Under the pieces are notes generated by a model. It was given only the letters and a program-made list of their open reading frames with translations. It had not been told where the DNA came from and made no database searches. A program made the position numbers and the translations under genes. From positions 96,001 through 160,000 of the forward strand of contig CAWBZI010000005.1 in assembly GCA_963793265.1 (NCBI GenBank): 64,000 bases of DNA, read 5' to 3'. Every line of letters starts with the position of its first letter. Position 1 is the first letter of the stretch. Shown here piece by piece: positions 50,990 through 60,665 of the stretch. This DNA is from an uncultured cyanobacterium (GTDB lineage: Bacteria; Cyanobacteriota; Cyanobacteriia; Phormidesmidales; Phormidesmidaceae).

Positions 50990-51868
50990 CTAACCTTTCT
51001 TTAATAGGTTTCTCCCAAGGTCGTTAGCGATCGCAGTCCCCAACAGCACCAGCAAACCACCAAAGATCATTGCTCTCGTCATTGGCTCGCCTAAAAAGAT
51101 TGCGCCCCACAGCATCGCAAACACGGGAATGAGATAAGTTACTGTCAATGCCTTCGTAGACCCTACGTTTTGAATCAGGCGAAAGTAAAGGAGATAGGCG
51201 ATGGATGTGGAGAAGAGGGCTAGTGCGACAACGGAGAGCCAGATGTTGGCGGTAGGCATTACGGCAGGGAGAGTGAAAGGGAGGGCGGGAACGAGAAAAA
51301 TGGCGGCGCTGAGCTGGCTGATGGTCGCGATCGCAATCGGTGGCACGCCTGCAAGCTGTTGTTTGGTGTAGGGAGCAGCGATCGCATACATCAAAGCTGC
51401 TGACAAACCCGCAACTACCGCAATCCAAAAGTCAGCCGTCACCGCAACCAAATTCCACCCCACCAAAACCGTCACCCCGGCAAAGCCCAAGGCAAACCCA
51501 ATCATTCGGGCAATGGTCAGCCTTTCACCTAGCCATATAGCCGCAACAACAGTACCAAACAAAGGCGCGGTTGCATTCAAAATAGACGTAAATCCAGCAG
51601 GCAGAGAGATAGAGGCGAAGGCTAGCAGTAGAAAGGGTATCGCTGAATTGAGACAGCCGACGATAAATAAAGGAACTGCTTTGCGACGTGCAATTTCCCA
51701 AAGGTCGGCCCGAATAAACAAAGGTAACAAGGCTACGCCAGCTAGCAGTACGCGAATTTCAATTAGCCAGACCGGCCCCAGCACAGGAGCCGCTATCCGC
51801 AAAAACAAGAAAGAGCCTCCCCACAGCGCCGCTAGCATGAGTAATTCAACAATATCTGACCCTTTCAT
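50990..51868 (-). CDS. DMT/EamA transporter
   Basis: LWGGSF, ILNATAPLF, GER, TYLIPVF..G..FLGE. Confidence 0.9.
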   Translation of the reverse strand: MKGSDIVELLMLAALWGGSFLFLRIAAPVLGPVWLIEIRVLLAGVALLPLFIRADLWEIARRKAVPLFIVGCLNSAIPFLLLAFASISLPAGFTSILNATAPLFGTVVAAIWLGERLTIARMIGFALGFAGVTVLVGWNLVAVTADFWIAVVAGLSAALMYAIAAPYTKQQLAGVPPIAIATISQLSAAIFLVPALPFTLPAVMPTANIWLSVVALALFSTSIAYLLYFRLIQNVGSTKALTVTYLIPVFAMLWGAIFLGEPMTRAMIFGGLLVLLGTAIANDLGRNLLKKG

Positions 51869-51889
51869 AGCGATGCCTCTGCAATATCT

Positions 51890-52777
51890 CTACGGTTTAT
51901 AGCTGGCTTTATGGTCGCTCCGGCTCGCTTCCCAGCCCAAAAGCGCACCTTTGCGATCTAACCCCCACCGATAGCCGCCTAATTCTCCTGAACTACGAAT
52001 AACTCGATGACAGGGAATAAGATAGCCTATTGGGTTTTTCCCGATGGCAGTACCCACAGCTCTTGTCGCCTTTGGTCGATCTATCATCTCAGCGATCGTT
52101 TTATAGGTGCTCAAACTCCCTAAAGGAATCTGCAAAAGCGCTTGCCACACCTGAATTTGGAAGTTAGTCCCTTTAACCAACAGCGTCAGCGGCTTTTTAT
52201 CTTTTGAGTTAACCGAGCTAAAGATAGCGTTGCACAGAGGCTTGGTTGTTTGGCGATCTCGAATAATCTCAGCGTTCGGCCAGCTTTGTTGCAACATTTT
52301 TGGCGCATTCAAAATATCTGTTGCTTCTAAAAAATGCAGATTACAAATACCGCGAGGCGTGGTTGCCAGTAGCGCATTGCCAAAGGGCGTACTGTGAATA
52401 TCGTAGTGAATGACCAGACCTGCGCCGCCTGCCTTATATTCGCCTGGAGACATCGCTTCTAAAGCAACAAACAGATCGTGCAGTCGCCCAGGACTAGAAA
52501 GGCCAACATCAGTCGTCAAATCCAGCAGGGTTTTAGTCTCTATAATTTTAGACTTTGCATATTCGAGGGTAAGGTATTGCAGAAATCTTTTAGGACTGAT
52601 ACCTACCCATTGCGTAAAGAGTTTTTGAAAATGTGAGTCGCTAAGGCCAACGTGTGCGGCGACTGTTGTCAAATCAGGCTGGGTGAGATGGTGATGATGG
52701 ATGAAGGCGATCGCATTTGCAATCCGCTCATAGTTTTTAGCCTCTTGGGCCGTACCTTGTGTCACAGAACCATTCAT
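51890..52777 (-). CDS. AraC-HTH plus methylated-DNA-[protein]-cysteine methyltransferase (Ada-like)
   Basis: HFQKLF..WVGISPKRF, GTNFQ..VW, RAVGTA, PCHRV active site. Confidence 0.92.
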   Translation of the reverse strand: MNGSVTQGTAQEAKNYERIANAIAFIHHHHLTQPDLTTVAAHVGLSDSHFQKLFTQWVGISPKRFLQYLTLEYAKSKIIETKTLLDLTTDVGLSSPGRLHDLFVALEAMSPGEYKAGGAGLVIHYDIHSTPFGNALLATTPRGICNLHFLEATDILNAPKMLQQSWPNAEIIRDRQTTKPLCNAIFSSVNSKDKKPLTLLVKGTNFQIQVWQALLQIPLGSLSTYKTIAEMIDRPKATRAVGTAIGKNPIGYLIPCHRVIRSSGELGGYRWGLDRKGALLGWEASRSDHKASYKP

Positions 52778-52859
52778 CAAGCCACTCCGCCAAGACAACT
52801 ACCGCTTTCACTTTACCGACTGACTGAGGCTAACACCACCCGTTTCTGGCGATAGGCGT

Positions 52860-53282
52860 CTACTCAAGCCAGTTCTCTAGCTTTAGACCCTGAAAGTTCT
52901 GAAAGTCTGCGATGTTGCGGGTTACAAGAGTGAGGTTGTTGGTGGCTGCGATCGCGGCTATCTGTCCATCAGCATAAGGCGGCGTCCTTCCTATCTTGCG
53001 AAGTCTCGCTTGCTCAAAAGCGTGCCATCTCGCAGCTTCTAAGCCGTAATCAAGAATAAGCAGTTCACACTCTACATCGTCGATAATGTATGCCATGATT
53101 GCCTGCTTCTTTGCGGACTCTGGCATCATCAAGCAGCCAAACTGCATTTCGTAATACACCATCGCTGCCGTTGAGAGCGTATTAGCATTCTGAGTCAATT
53201 GATTCAGAACGCCAACGTTAGGCTGCGGTTTCAAAGGTTCTGATAGAACATTAGCATCTAGTAGAAAACGAGCTAAGACCAT
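52860..53282 (-). CDS. vapC: VapC/PIN toxin
   Basis: LLDANVLSE, DGQIAAIA..LTLVTRN..DF..ENW. Confidence 0.9.
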   Translation of the reverse strand: MVLARFLLDANVLSEPLKPQPNVGVLNQLTQNANTLSTAAMVYYEMQFGCLMMPESAKKQAIMAYIIDDVECELLILDYGLEAARWHAFEQARLRKIGRTPPYADGQIAAIAATNNLTLVTRNIADFQNFQGLKLENWLE

Positions 53283-53560
53283 AAATCGACCTCTCGACCA
53301 GGGGATTTATCTCTGACGTCAAAGATTGCGTCAAGGTCTACGTCATCTTCCCAGTTGGAAACATCATACTTTCTACGAAATTCTAGAACAGCCTGTCCAA
53401 AGTTTCGCGCTGGCCTTTGTAGACGGTTGTATTCTTCAATTGACAAGAGTATTGCGACAGGGTGACCTCGACGGGTAAGTTCGACGGTTTCGCCCGCTTC
53501 GGCACTATGCACTATCTGAGAAAGGCGATCGCGAGCCTGAGCAATTGAGTACTGGATCAT
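53273..53560 (-). CDS. Phd/YefM antitoxin
   Basis: SIAQARDRLS..AEAGETVELTRRGHPVAILLSIEEY. Confidence 0.9.
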   Translation of the reverse strand: MIQYSIAQARDRLSQIVHSAEAGETVELTRRGHPVAILLSIEEYNRLQRPARNFGQAVLEFRRKYDVSNWEDDVDLDAIFDVRDKSPGREVDLWS

Positions 53561-53608
53561 AATGGCTATCTAAATGGCTATATCCTCAAGTTATAGCAGC
53601 CATACGTA

Positions 53609-56600
53609 TTACACGCTCAGCAATGGTGTTGCCCTAGCTCTAAACGAAGCCGCTTGCAGCGCTGCAACTGCCGCTTCAGCATTTTGCACCCTAAACTGCG
53701 ATCCCAAGCGGATAGCCTGCCGCTGCTCGCGCGTACGAATCACCGCAATCACGGGCGTCTTAGCTGCGAACTTGTTCTCACCTTGCAGCACTCTGAGCAC
53801 ATTGCGCAAACGGTATTGTTGTTCAATGTCGCCTGCAATCGCCGGATCTAAATCCACCATCACCATCCGAATAGACTCAATCGGCTCTGCATCATCTACA
53901 ATCATCTGCACCCGGTCGTCACGCCGATCGACTTTCCCCCACACCATCAAACGAGCATCCGGCTTTATATACTGACCGATGCGAGCATACGCTTTAGGAA
54001 ATACAACAGATTCGCAGTGCCCACTCAAATCTTCCATCTGTAGTACGGCCATAGAATCACCCTTTTTAGTCGTGACCGGCTTTACCGTGCTGAGCATGAC
54101 AATCGCGCTCAGCGTCACTTTCTCAGGCTGCTCGCCAATGCTAGCAAGGCTGATCGGCGCTAAAATTCTGGCCGAACGCTGAACGTCTTTTAAAGGATGA
54201 TCGGAGATATAAAAGCCAAGGAGTTCTTTTTCTAGCTTAAGCCGCTCCTGAGGCTCGTAGTCGGCTACAGCAGGTGCTTTGGGTGCAGACTCAAAGGAGT
54301 CAGTAGCCGGGCCGGTTTCAGCTGCCCCAAAGCCTGACATCATATCGAAGATGTTGCCCTGCCCCACTTCTCTATCTTTGGCGCGGCCCTGAGCCCATTC
54401 AACTACTAGCTCAAGGTCATGCATAAGCTGCTGGCGATTGGGTTCTAAGCCCTCTAAGGCACCTGAGAGAATCAGGGCTTCTAGGGCGCGCTTGTTGACG
54501 GCTCGAAGATCTACGCGATCGCACAAATCCGAAAGTGACACAAACGGCCCCTTCTCCTCGCGAGAGGTAATCAAAGCCTCAATCGCGCCAAGTCCAATAT
54601 TTCGGACTGCCGATAGGCCAAAGAGAATCTGATTATCCAGCGGCGTAAAGTCCACACCTGAGCGGTTCACGTCAGGCGGCAACACCTGTATACCCATGCT
54701 AATGCAGCTTGCAATATACATCTGCACCTTGTCCTGATCGCCGCTAATCGCCGTCAGCAGCGCCGCCATGTATTCAACCGGATAGTTCGCCTTCAAATAC
54801 GCTGTTTGGAAGGTGACAAATCCGTAGGCTGTAGAGTGAGACTTGTTGAAACAATACTCCGCAAACAACACCATCTGATCGAACAGATCGTTAGCGTTCT
54901 TACGAGGAAACTCATTCTTTCCTGCACCCTCAATAAATTTTTCCCGGTGCAGCTCCATCTCTTTTATCTTCTTTTTACCCATTGCCCGTCGCAACAAGTC
55001 GGCCTGCCCCAGAGAATAGCCTGCTAGGTCTTGAGCAATTTTCATGATCTGCTCTTGATAGACCATGATGCCGTAAGTCTCTTCTAAAATCGGCTTTAAA
55101 ATATCGTGAGCATAGTCAATTTTCTCCCTGCCGTGCTTACGATCAATAAACTTAGGAATCAGTCCAGCATCTAGCGGCCCAGGGCGATAAAGGGCAAGCA
55201 CTGAAGAAATATCTTCTAGTCCAGAAGGCTTCAGATCTTTGACAATCTGTCGCATTCCCGAAGACTCTAGCTGAAATACGCCCGCAAGTTCACCACCAGC
55301 TAGAAGCTTGTAAGTAGCCGGATCGTCTAGCGGCAAACCATCGAGATCGATTTTCACGCCCTCATGGCGAGCCTCAATATGATCCACCGCTTTTTGAATC
55401 ATGGTGAGGTTGCGCAACCCCAAAAAGTCCATCTTCAACAGACCGATTGCTTCTACATCCTCCATGTAGTACTGAGTGATTACAGAGCCGTCGTTGTTAC
55501 GCTGCAAAGGCACGATGGTATCTAGCGGATGCTCAGAAATCACCACGCCCGCTGCGTGCATTCCAAAAGTCTTGTTTGTCCCTTCGATGGTGATAGCCGT
55601 GTCAATCCACCGCTGAAACGTAACTGAGGTGCCCGGAATCAGCTCGCCGCTGTCGTATTTATCTTTAAACTCAGGTGCTGGCGTCTCGTCAGAGATCATC
55701 ACGTTGAGCTTGCAGGGCTTGCCCCGTGCAACCGGAATCAGCTTGGCGAGCTTATCAGATTCGTTGTAGGGAATATCCAACACGCGGGCCACATCTTTGA
55801 GCACCGCCTTGGAGGTCATACGGTTGAAGGTGATAATTTGCGCAACGTGATCGGTGCCGTATTTCTTAGTGACGTAATCAATCACGTCGCCTCTGCGGTC
55901 AATGCAGAAGTCGGTATCTACGTCCGGCATTGACTTACGCTCAGGATTTAAGAATCGCTCGAACAACAGTCCATGGTGTACCGGATCGATATTGGTGATG
56001 CCCATGGCGTAGGCAACCAGTGAACCTGCCGCAGACCCGCGACCGGGGCCAACAGAAATATTGTTGTCTCTCGCAAACTTGATATAGTCCCACACTACTA
56101 AGAAGTAGGTTGCAAAGCCCATCTGGTGCATCATCGCAACTTCGTAGTTCATTCGCTTCTGATACTCCTCGCTTAGCTCCTCTTTGCTGGTGATGTTCAT
56201 TCTCTCGAACAGGCCATCCCAGGCGACTTGCTCCATGTAGCTCTCTTTGGTGTGGCCCTCTGGGATAGGGAAGTTGGGGATTTGGGGGTTGCCTAAGATG
56301 TTATATTCTTCTACTTTGTCAGCGACTTCTTGAGTGCGGGCGATCGCATCTTCAATCACATCTAGCGGCAAATGATCGCGAAACAGGCGGTTCATCTCCG
56401 CTTCCGACTTCAAGTACTCCGTTCCGCTATACCGCAGCCGCTTATCTTCTGTAATTAGCTTGCCGGTTTGAATACACAGCAGCGCGTCGTGAGCTTCTAC
56501 ATCAATACAAGAAATAAAGTGAGAGTCGTTAGTGGCCACCACTTTAATATCAAGCGCTTTGGCAATCTTGATAATCTCAACGTTCACGATTCGATCTTCA

Positions 56601-57142
56601 GGAGAACCGTGATCTTGAATTTCTAAATAAAAGTCATCGCCTAGCAGATCTTTGTACCACTGAGCAACTTTCGTCGCCACATCCAGCCGGTCTTTCATAA
56701 TCGCCTGAGGGATCTCGCCCCCCAGGCACGCGCTGGTAATAATTAACCCTTCGTGGTACTGCTCTAGCAGCGCCTTATTAATACAAGGGCGCGAAAAGAT
56801 ACCTTTACCCTGCACGCCTTCTAAGTGTGAAACGGTCGTCAGCTTCACCAGATTTTTGTAGCCAATATCGTTCTTGGCAAGCACGAGCTGATGATACTTA
56901 GGGCGCTTCTCCTGCTTTGTAATATCGCCGTTAATGACGTACATCTCATTGCCGATAATCGGCTTGATGCCCTTCTTTTTGCACACCTTCAGCAGCTCGA
57001 TCGCGCCGTACATGACACCGTGATCGGTCAGGGCGATCGCATTCATTCCCAGCTCTAGCGCCTTATCTACCAGCGGGTCAATGTGGCTAGCACCATCTAG
57101 CAGGCTGTAATCGCTATGGATGTGCAAACCAACGAAAGGCAT
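53609..57142 (-). CDS. dnaE: DNA polymerase III alpha subunit (contiguous, intein-free)
   Basis: [50 protein letters not shown]-fold C-terminus in one 1177-aa ORF. Confidence 0.98.
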   Translation of the reverse strand: MPFVGLHIHSDYSLLDGASHIDPLVDKALELGMNAIALTDHGVMYGAIELLKVCKKKGIKPIIGNEMYVINGDITKQEKRPKYHQLVLAKNDIGYKNLVKLTTVSHLEGVQGKGIFSRPCINKALLEQYHEGLIITSACLGGEIPQAIMKDRLDVATKVAQWYKDLLGDDFYLEIQDHGSPEDRIVNVEIIKIAKALDIKVVATNDSHFISCIDVEAHDALLCIQTGKLITEDKRLRYSGTEYLKSEAEMNRLFRDHLPLDVIEDAIARTQEVADKVEEYNILGNPQIPNFPIPEGHTKESYMEQVAWDGLFERMNITSKEELSEEYQKRMNYEVAMMHQMGFATYFLVVWDYIKFARDNNISVGPGRGSAAGSLVAYAMGITNIDPVHHGLLFERFLNPERKSMPDVDTDFCIDRRGDVIDYVTKKYGTDHVAQIITFNRMTSKAVLKDVARVLDIPYNESDKLAKLIPVARGKPCKLNVMISDETPAPEFKDKYDSGELIPGTSVTFQRWIDTAITIEGTNKTFGMHAAGVVISEHPLDTIVPLQRNNDGSVITQYYMEDVEAIGLLKMDFLGLRNLTMIQKAVDHIEARHEGVKIDLDGLPLDDPATYKLLAGGELAGVFQLESSGMRQIVKDLKPSGLEDISSVLALYRPGPLDAGLIPKFIDRKHGREKIDYAHDILKPILEETYGIMVYQEQIMKIAQDLAGYSLGQADLLRRAMGKKKIKEMELHREKFIEGAGKNEFPRKNANDLFDQMVLFAEYCFNKSHSTAYGFVTFQTAYLKANYPVEYMAALLTAISGDQDKVQMYIASCISMGIQVLPPDVNRSGVDFTPLDNQILFGLSAVRNIGLGAIEALITSREEKGPFVSLSDLCDRVDLRAVNKRALEALILSGALEGLEPNRQQLMHDLELVVEWAQGRAKDREVGQGNIFDMMSGFGAAETGPATDSFESAPKAPAVADYEPQERLKLEKELLGFYISDHPLKDVQRSARILAPISLASIGEQPEKVTLSAIVMLSTVKPVTTKKGDSMAVLQMEDLSGHCESVVFPKAYARIGQYIKPDARLMVWGKVDRRDDRVQMIVDDAEPIESIRMVMVDLDPAIAGDIEQQYRLRNVLRVLQGENKFAAKTPVIAVIRTREQRQAIRLGSQFRVQNAEAAVAALQAASFRARATPLLSV

Positions 57143-57814
57143 AGGAAGTTCCTCGCAATCACAAGGTAATAGAAGGACGTATAGGCTAATTTAGTACAAA
57201 ATTACTTCCAAAAAGCGAGCATATCAAAGGCTGCGCGAAAGGAGAACGCATTTGTACATGAAGGAAGAATAGCTGATTTGATCGCTATATATGGCAATCT
57301 TTTTAAAACTATAAGGCGTATGGACGCTAGAGATAGCGCCTATAGGTAGGGAGCAGGCTGAACACGATAGAAAGCCAGAAAGGTGGTTGCCTAAATAGCG
57401 CCCATAGGGGGCTACACCCCTCACAGACATCTTTGGTAAAACTATTTCAAGATTCGTCGATACGTACAGTCATGATTGAATTTATCTATGCTTTTCATTG
57501 CTTTTACTCAATGAAATAGGCGATCGCTCTACCCCACATCAGCAAACGAACACAAAGCCTCTACGTATTTTCAACTATGTCTTAAGAAATAGAAAATCAT
57601 ATTTTTGTCTATTTCCAAGGGTATAAAGCCCTCTTTTGAGTCTATCTCTTTAGGACGGTACGCCCCCGCTCGTAGTTCGACAATATGGCCACAGCTCGAG
57701 CGTCATCGACCCTCGAACGGTCAATAATGAAGCGACAATCAACAGAATCTCACGCGGTTAAAACCTCTACGAACAGCGCTTGTGCAGCCCCTAGTTTGTA
57801 ATTAAGGTTTTTTA

Positions 57815-58942
57815 ATGAAACGGATTATCTATGGTTCCTTGTCTGTACTCACTGCCGTTTGCACAGTGTTTGTATCAGCAAAAGCAGAAGTCTTCAATGC
57901 GAAAAACGAAGCAGCTACAGTTCAAGAAACAGCTCAAAAAGTACCTACCAAAGAGGCTTTGAGCGAGGCCGGTAGTCTTTTTGAGCTAGCTGAAGAAGAT
58001 TTTTCTAAAGGTTCACTTGCAAACATCAAACTGCCTAGTGCCCCCATCACAGGCGCTGCTGTTAGGCCACAGATCAGACCTAAAGCAGACCCTCGGCTAG
58101 AAGCGCAGCTTACCGAAGACGAGATGATTCAGGAGGCTCCTCTTGAATCAACGCCAGTCGTACCTGCGACACCAGGAACACCCAGTAAGCCTGATATGAC
58201 ACCACCAGCAGGTTCCCCCGAGCTAGAAGAGCCAGGCAACATCACACCAGTGTCGCCTAACGAGCCCGGACTTGACGATCCTGCACTCAACGATCCTGCA
58301 CTCGACGATCCTGCACTTGATGAACCAGGACTCAATCAACCTGAACTCGACGAGCCCGGACTTGACGACCCTACTCTAGAAGACCCTGCTCTAGACCAAC
58401 CAGGCTTGAGCGACCCAGTGCTTGACGATCCTGCTCTAGACGACTCTCCGGCTAGTGAAGATTTGCCCCCTATTCCTGAAAGCCCTGCACCTGGGTTCCC
58501 ACCGGCTGGCGTACCAGAAGATAGCACTTTTCCCGCTGAGCCTGTTGAACCACCGATCGAACCAGTAGAGCCGCTGCCGCCTTCTGATATAGAGCCGCTG
58601 CCATCAGACGATAATTTTGAAGATGGACTGGATGATAGTGCGGTGCCAGATAATGACTTTCCGGTAGGTGATACAGGTAGTGGAGATCGCCTCGTCGGAG
58701 AAGGCTTCACGGCGTTTCAGCTGTCATACCTGGCGCTTGGCGGTGGACTCAAAGAACAAGGCATTCCTGGTGGCTCGCTGCTAGTCAGTGCTTACAAACA
58801 GGGCGACATTTCAGCTGAAGACGTGGTAGAAGCGGGCGCAGTGGCTAATCGCCTGGGCACAAACGCTAACGATCAGGATGACTACACCAAAAGCGTCGAT
58901 AGATTCCTCAAGATCATTAGACGAGACGCCCGCACGAACTAG
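57815..58942 (+). CDS. Secreted Pro/Asp-rich repeat protein with a compact C-terminal domain
   Basis: Signal peptide (AKA-E), DDPAL/DEPGL pentapeptide array, C-terminal TAFQL..LKEQGIPG..ISAEDVVEA..RL. Confidence 0.8.
   Translation: MKRIIYGSLSVLTAVCTVFVSAKAEVFNAKNEAATVQETAQKVPTKEALSEAGSLFELAEEDFSKGSLANIKLPSAPITGAAVRPQIRPKADPRLEAQLTEDEMIQEAPLESTPVVPATPGTPSKPDMTPPAGSPELEEPGNITPVSPNEPGLDDPALNDPALDDPALDEPGLNQPELDEPGLDDPTLEDPALDQPGLSDPVLDDPALDDSPASEDLPPIPESPAPGFPPAGVPEDSTFPAEPVEPPIEPVEPLPPSDIEPLPSDDNFEDGLDDSAVPDNDFPVGDTGSGDRLVGEGFTAFQLSYLALGGGLKEQGIPGGSLLVSAYKQGDISAEDVVEAGAVANRLGTNANDQDDYTKSVDRFLKIIRRDARTN
58260..58444 (+). repeat. Degenerate 15-bp coding tandem array (~12 units)
   Basis: Units such as GACGATCCTGCACTC and GACGAGCCCGGACTT. 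Confidence 0.85.
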
Positions 58943-58984
58943 AGCGGGGCTAAAGCCTGAAGAACCTTACGCACCTTGATTTTC

Positions 58985-59020
58985 AAAAGCCTGGCTTTGA
59001 ATAGCTGGGCTTTCTTTTTT
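58985..59020 (+). terminator. Intrinsic terminator
   Basis: AAAGCCTGGCT-loop-AGCTGGGCTTT followed by CTTTTTT. Confidence 0.7.
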
Positions 59021-59115
59021 GACAATTTTTTCGGCTCTAATCGGCCCTAAGAGGGAGCATAGAATATGTACTTTTAGATAATGTGTCCTCTTATCGCGCA
59101 AAATTTTTTCGTTAA

Positions 59116-59142
59116 AACTAAACCAAACGGATTAGTTTAGTT
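59116..59142. promoter_or_regulatory. Palindromic operator-like site CTAAAC-N11-GTTTAG (copy 2)
   Basis: AACTAAACCAAACGGATTAGTTTAGTT, 25 bp before the RND adaptor ATG. Confidence 0.65.
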
Positions 59143-59167
59143 ATATACACTCGGGTCACCCTCAACT

Positions 59168-60604
59168 ATGACGGCTTCTTCGGACTCATCGCCTGCTTTA
59201 CCTATTCCGCCCAGTCAAACGCCTGCCCAGCCTGACTTCACTGAGCCGGATATCTATCCTGGAGAACCCTCAGCAGAGAAGGGGCGATCGCCTCGTAGCT
59301 GGCTGAGTAAGCTGGCGCTGGCGCTGTTAGTCGCAGGGGTGGGCTTTGCGCTGTGGCGGGCGATCGCCGGGCGCGGTGGATCCGAAATGCAAGGGGCACA
59401 GGCCATTCCGGTCAAGATGGAGCGCCTGCAGGAGGAGTCGATTGAAGACAGTACTGAATTTGTCGGCACGTTGGATTCCCAGGCGGGTGTAAGCTTGCAG
59501 TCTGAAGCGGACGGTCGCGTTACGCAGATTTATGTGACCTCGGGCGAGCAGGTGCAGGCGGGCGATCCGATTGTGCAGCTGAGTGCTGAGCGATCACAGT
59601 CTGATTACAACGCGGCGCTCTCTAGCGTGACAGCTGCCAATGCCGGGCAGACGGCTGCTGAAGCACAGCTACGGGCCGCACTCGAACGCAGGGCTCAGCT
59701 AGAAGCTGATTTAGAGCTGCAAGAGAACGACTATGCGCGAACGGCAACGCTGGTAGAAAGGGGCGCTTTGGCGCAAGAGCAGTTGGATGAGGTGGTGCGC
59801 GATCGCGCCGTCGCTCAGGCCGCGCTCAACTCAGCGATTCAAGAAATTCAGGCTCTCAGCGCCAGCCGTGATCAGGCCAGTGCCACTCTAGAGCAGGCCA
59901 ACGCCAACGCCAACGCCATTCAGCAGGATTTGCTTGATAAAACGGTCACCGCGCCTGTCGCTGGTACCGTGGGCGATATTCCCATCAAGCTAGGCGACTA
60001 CGTAACCACCAGCAGCCAGCTTGCAACGATTACTCAAAACAGCGATCTCGATCTTGAGATTGCTGTAGACATCGGCAATTCTTCGCGTCTGCGCACCGGC
60101 CTGCCCGTTGAGCTTACGCTTGCCGGACAAGAGAACGTCATCGCCACTGGCACCCTCACGTTCGTCTCGCCAACAACCGACACCAACACCCAAACCGTCT
60201 TAGCAAAAGCTCGCTTCTCCACCCCTACACAGCCACTTCAAGACAACCAAAGACTCACCGTCCGCGTCATTTGGGACGAGCGCCCCGGCATCCTCATTCC
60301 GACCACTGCTGTCTCCCGGCTAGGCGGTCAAACTTTTGTCTTTGTCCCTGGCGAGCCTGAGCCGCCTGCTGAGGGAGGAGCTGAAACCGCGCCCCCAGCC
60401 GAAGCCGATGGGCCACCACCAACAGTGGCAAAGCTTAAGGCCGTTGAACTAGGCGACTTGCAGGATAACGAATATCAGGTTGTCGAAGGTCTGAATGCAG
60501 GCGATACCGTCATTACCTCAGGGCTGCTCAACCTGCGAGACGGCGTACCGATTGAGCGGCAAACAGGCGAAGCTAACGCTGACGAAGCGCCTGGCGAGCC
60601 CTAA
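59168..60604 (+). CDS. RND efflux periplasmic adaptor (MFP) subunit
   Basis: TM anchor, G.VTQI.V..G..V.AG lipoyl half, coiled coil, APVAG.VG, IPTTAV, V..GL..GD.VI..G. Confidence 0.92.
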   Translation: MTASSDSSPALPIPPSQTPAQPDFTEPDIYPGEPSAEKGRSPRSWLSKLALALLVAGVGFALWRAIAGRGGSEMQGAQAIPVKMERLQEESIEDSTEFVGTLDSQAGVSLQSEADGRVTQIYVTSGEQVQAGDPIVQLSAERSQSDYNAALSSVTAANAGQTAAEAQLRAALERRAQLEADLELQENDYARTATLVERGALAQEQLDEVVRDRAVAQAALNSAIQEIQALSASRDQASATLEQANANANAIQQDLLDKTVTAPVAGTVGDIPIKLGDYVTTSSQLATITQNSDLDLEIAVDIGNSSRLRTGLPVELTLAGQENVIATGTLTFVSPTTDTNTQTVLAKARFSTPTQPLQDNQRLTVRVIWDERPGILIPTTAVSRLGGQTFVFVPGEPEPPAEGGAETAPPAEADGPPPTVAKLKAVELGDLQDNEYQVVEGLNAGDTVITSGLLNLRDGVPIERQTGEANADEAPGEP

Positions 60605-60665
60605 GATAGCGCTAGGAAAGAGCCTCAAAAACAGGGCCTTGCAAGGCCACTATCCCTTCTTTGAT

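Noticed and set aside
57143..57814. ncRNA or small gene (57224..57430) in the long dnaE intergenic region
   Set aside because: No convincing stems, tRNA fold or coding signal by eye
58260..58444. Possible CRISPR array
   Set aside because: Degenerate in-frame 15-bp coding units with no unique spacers; no cas genes
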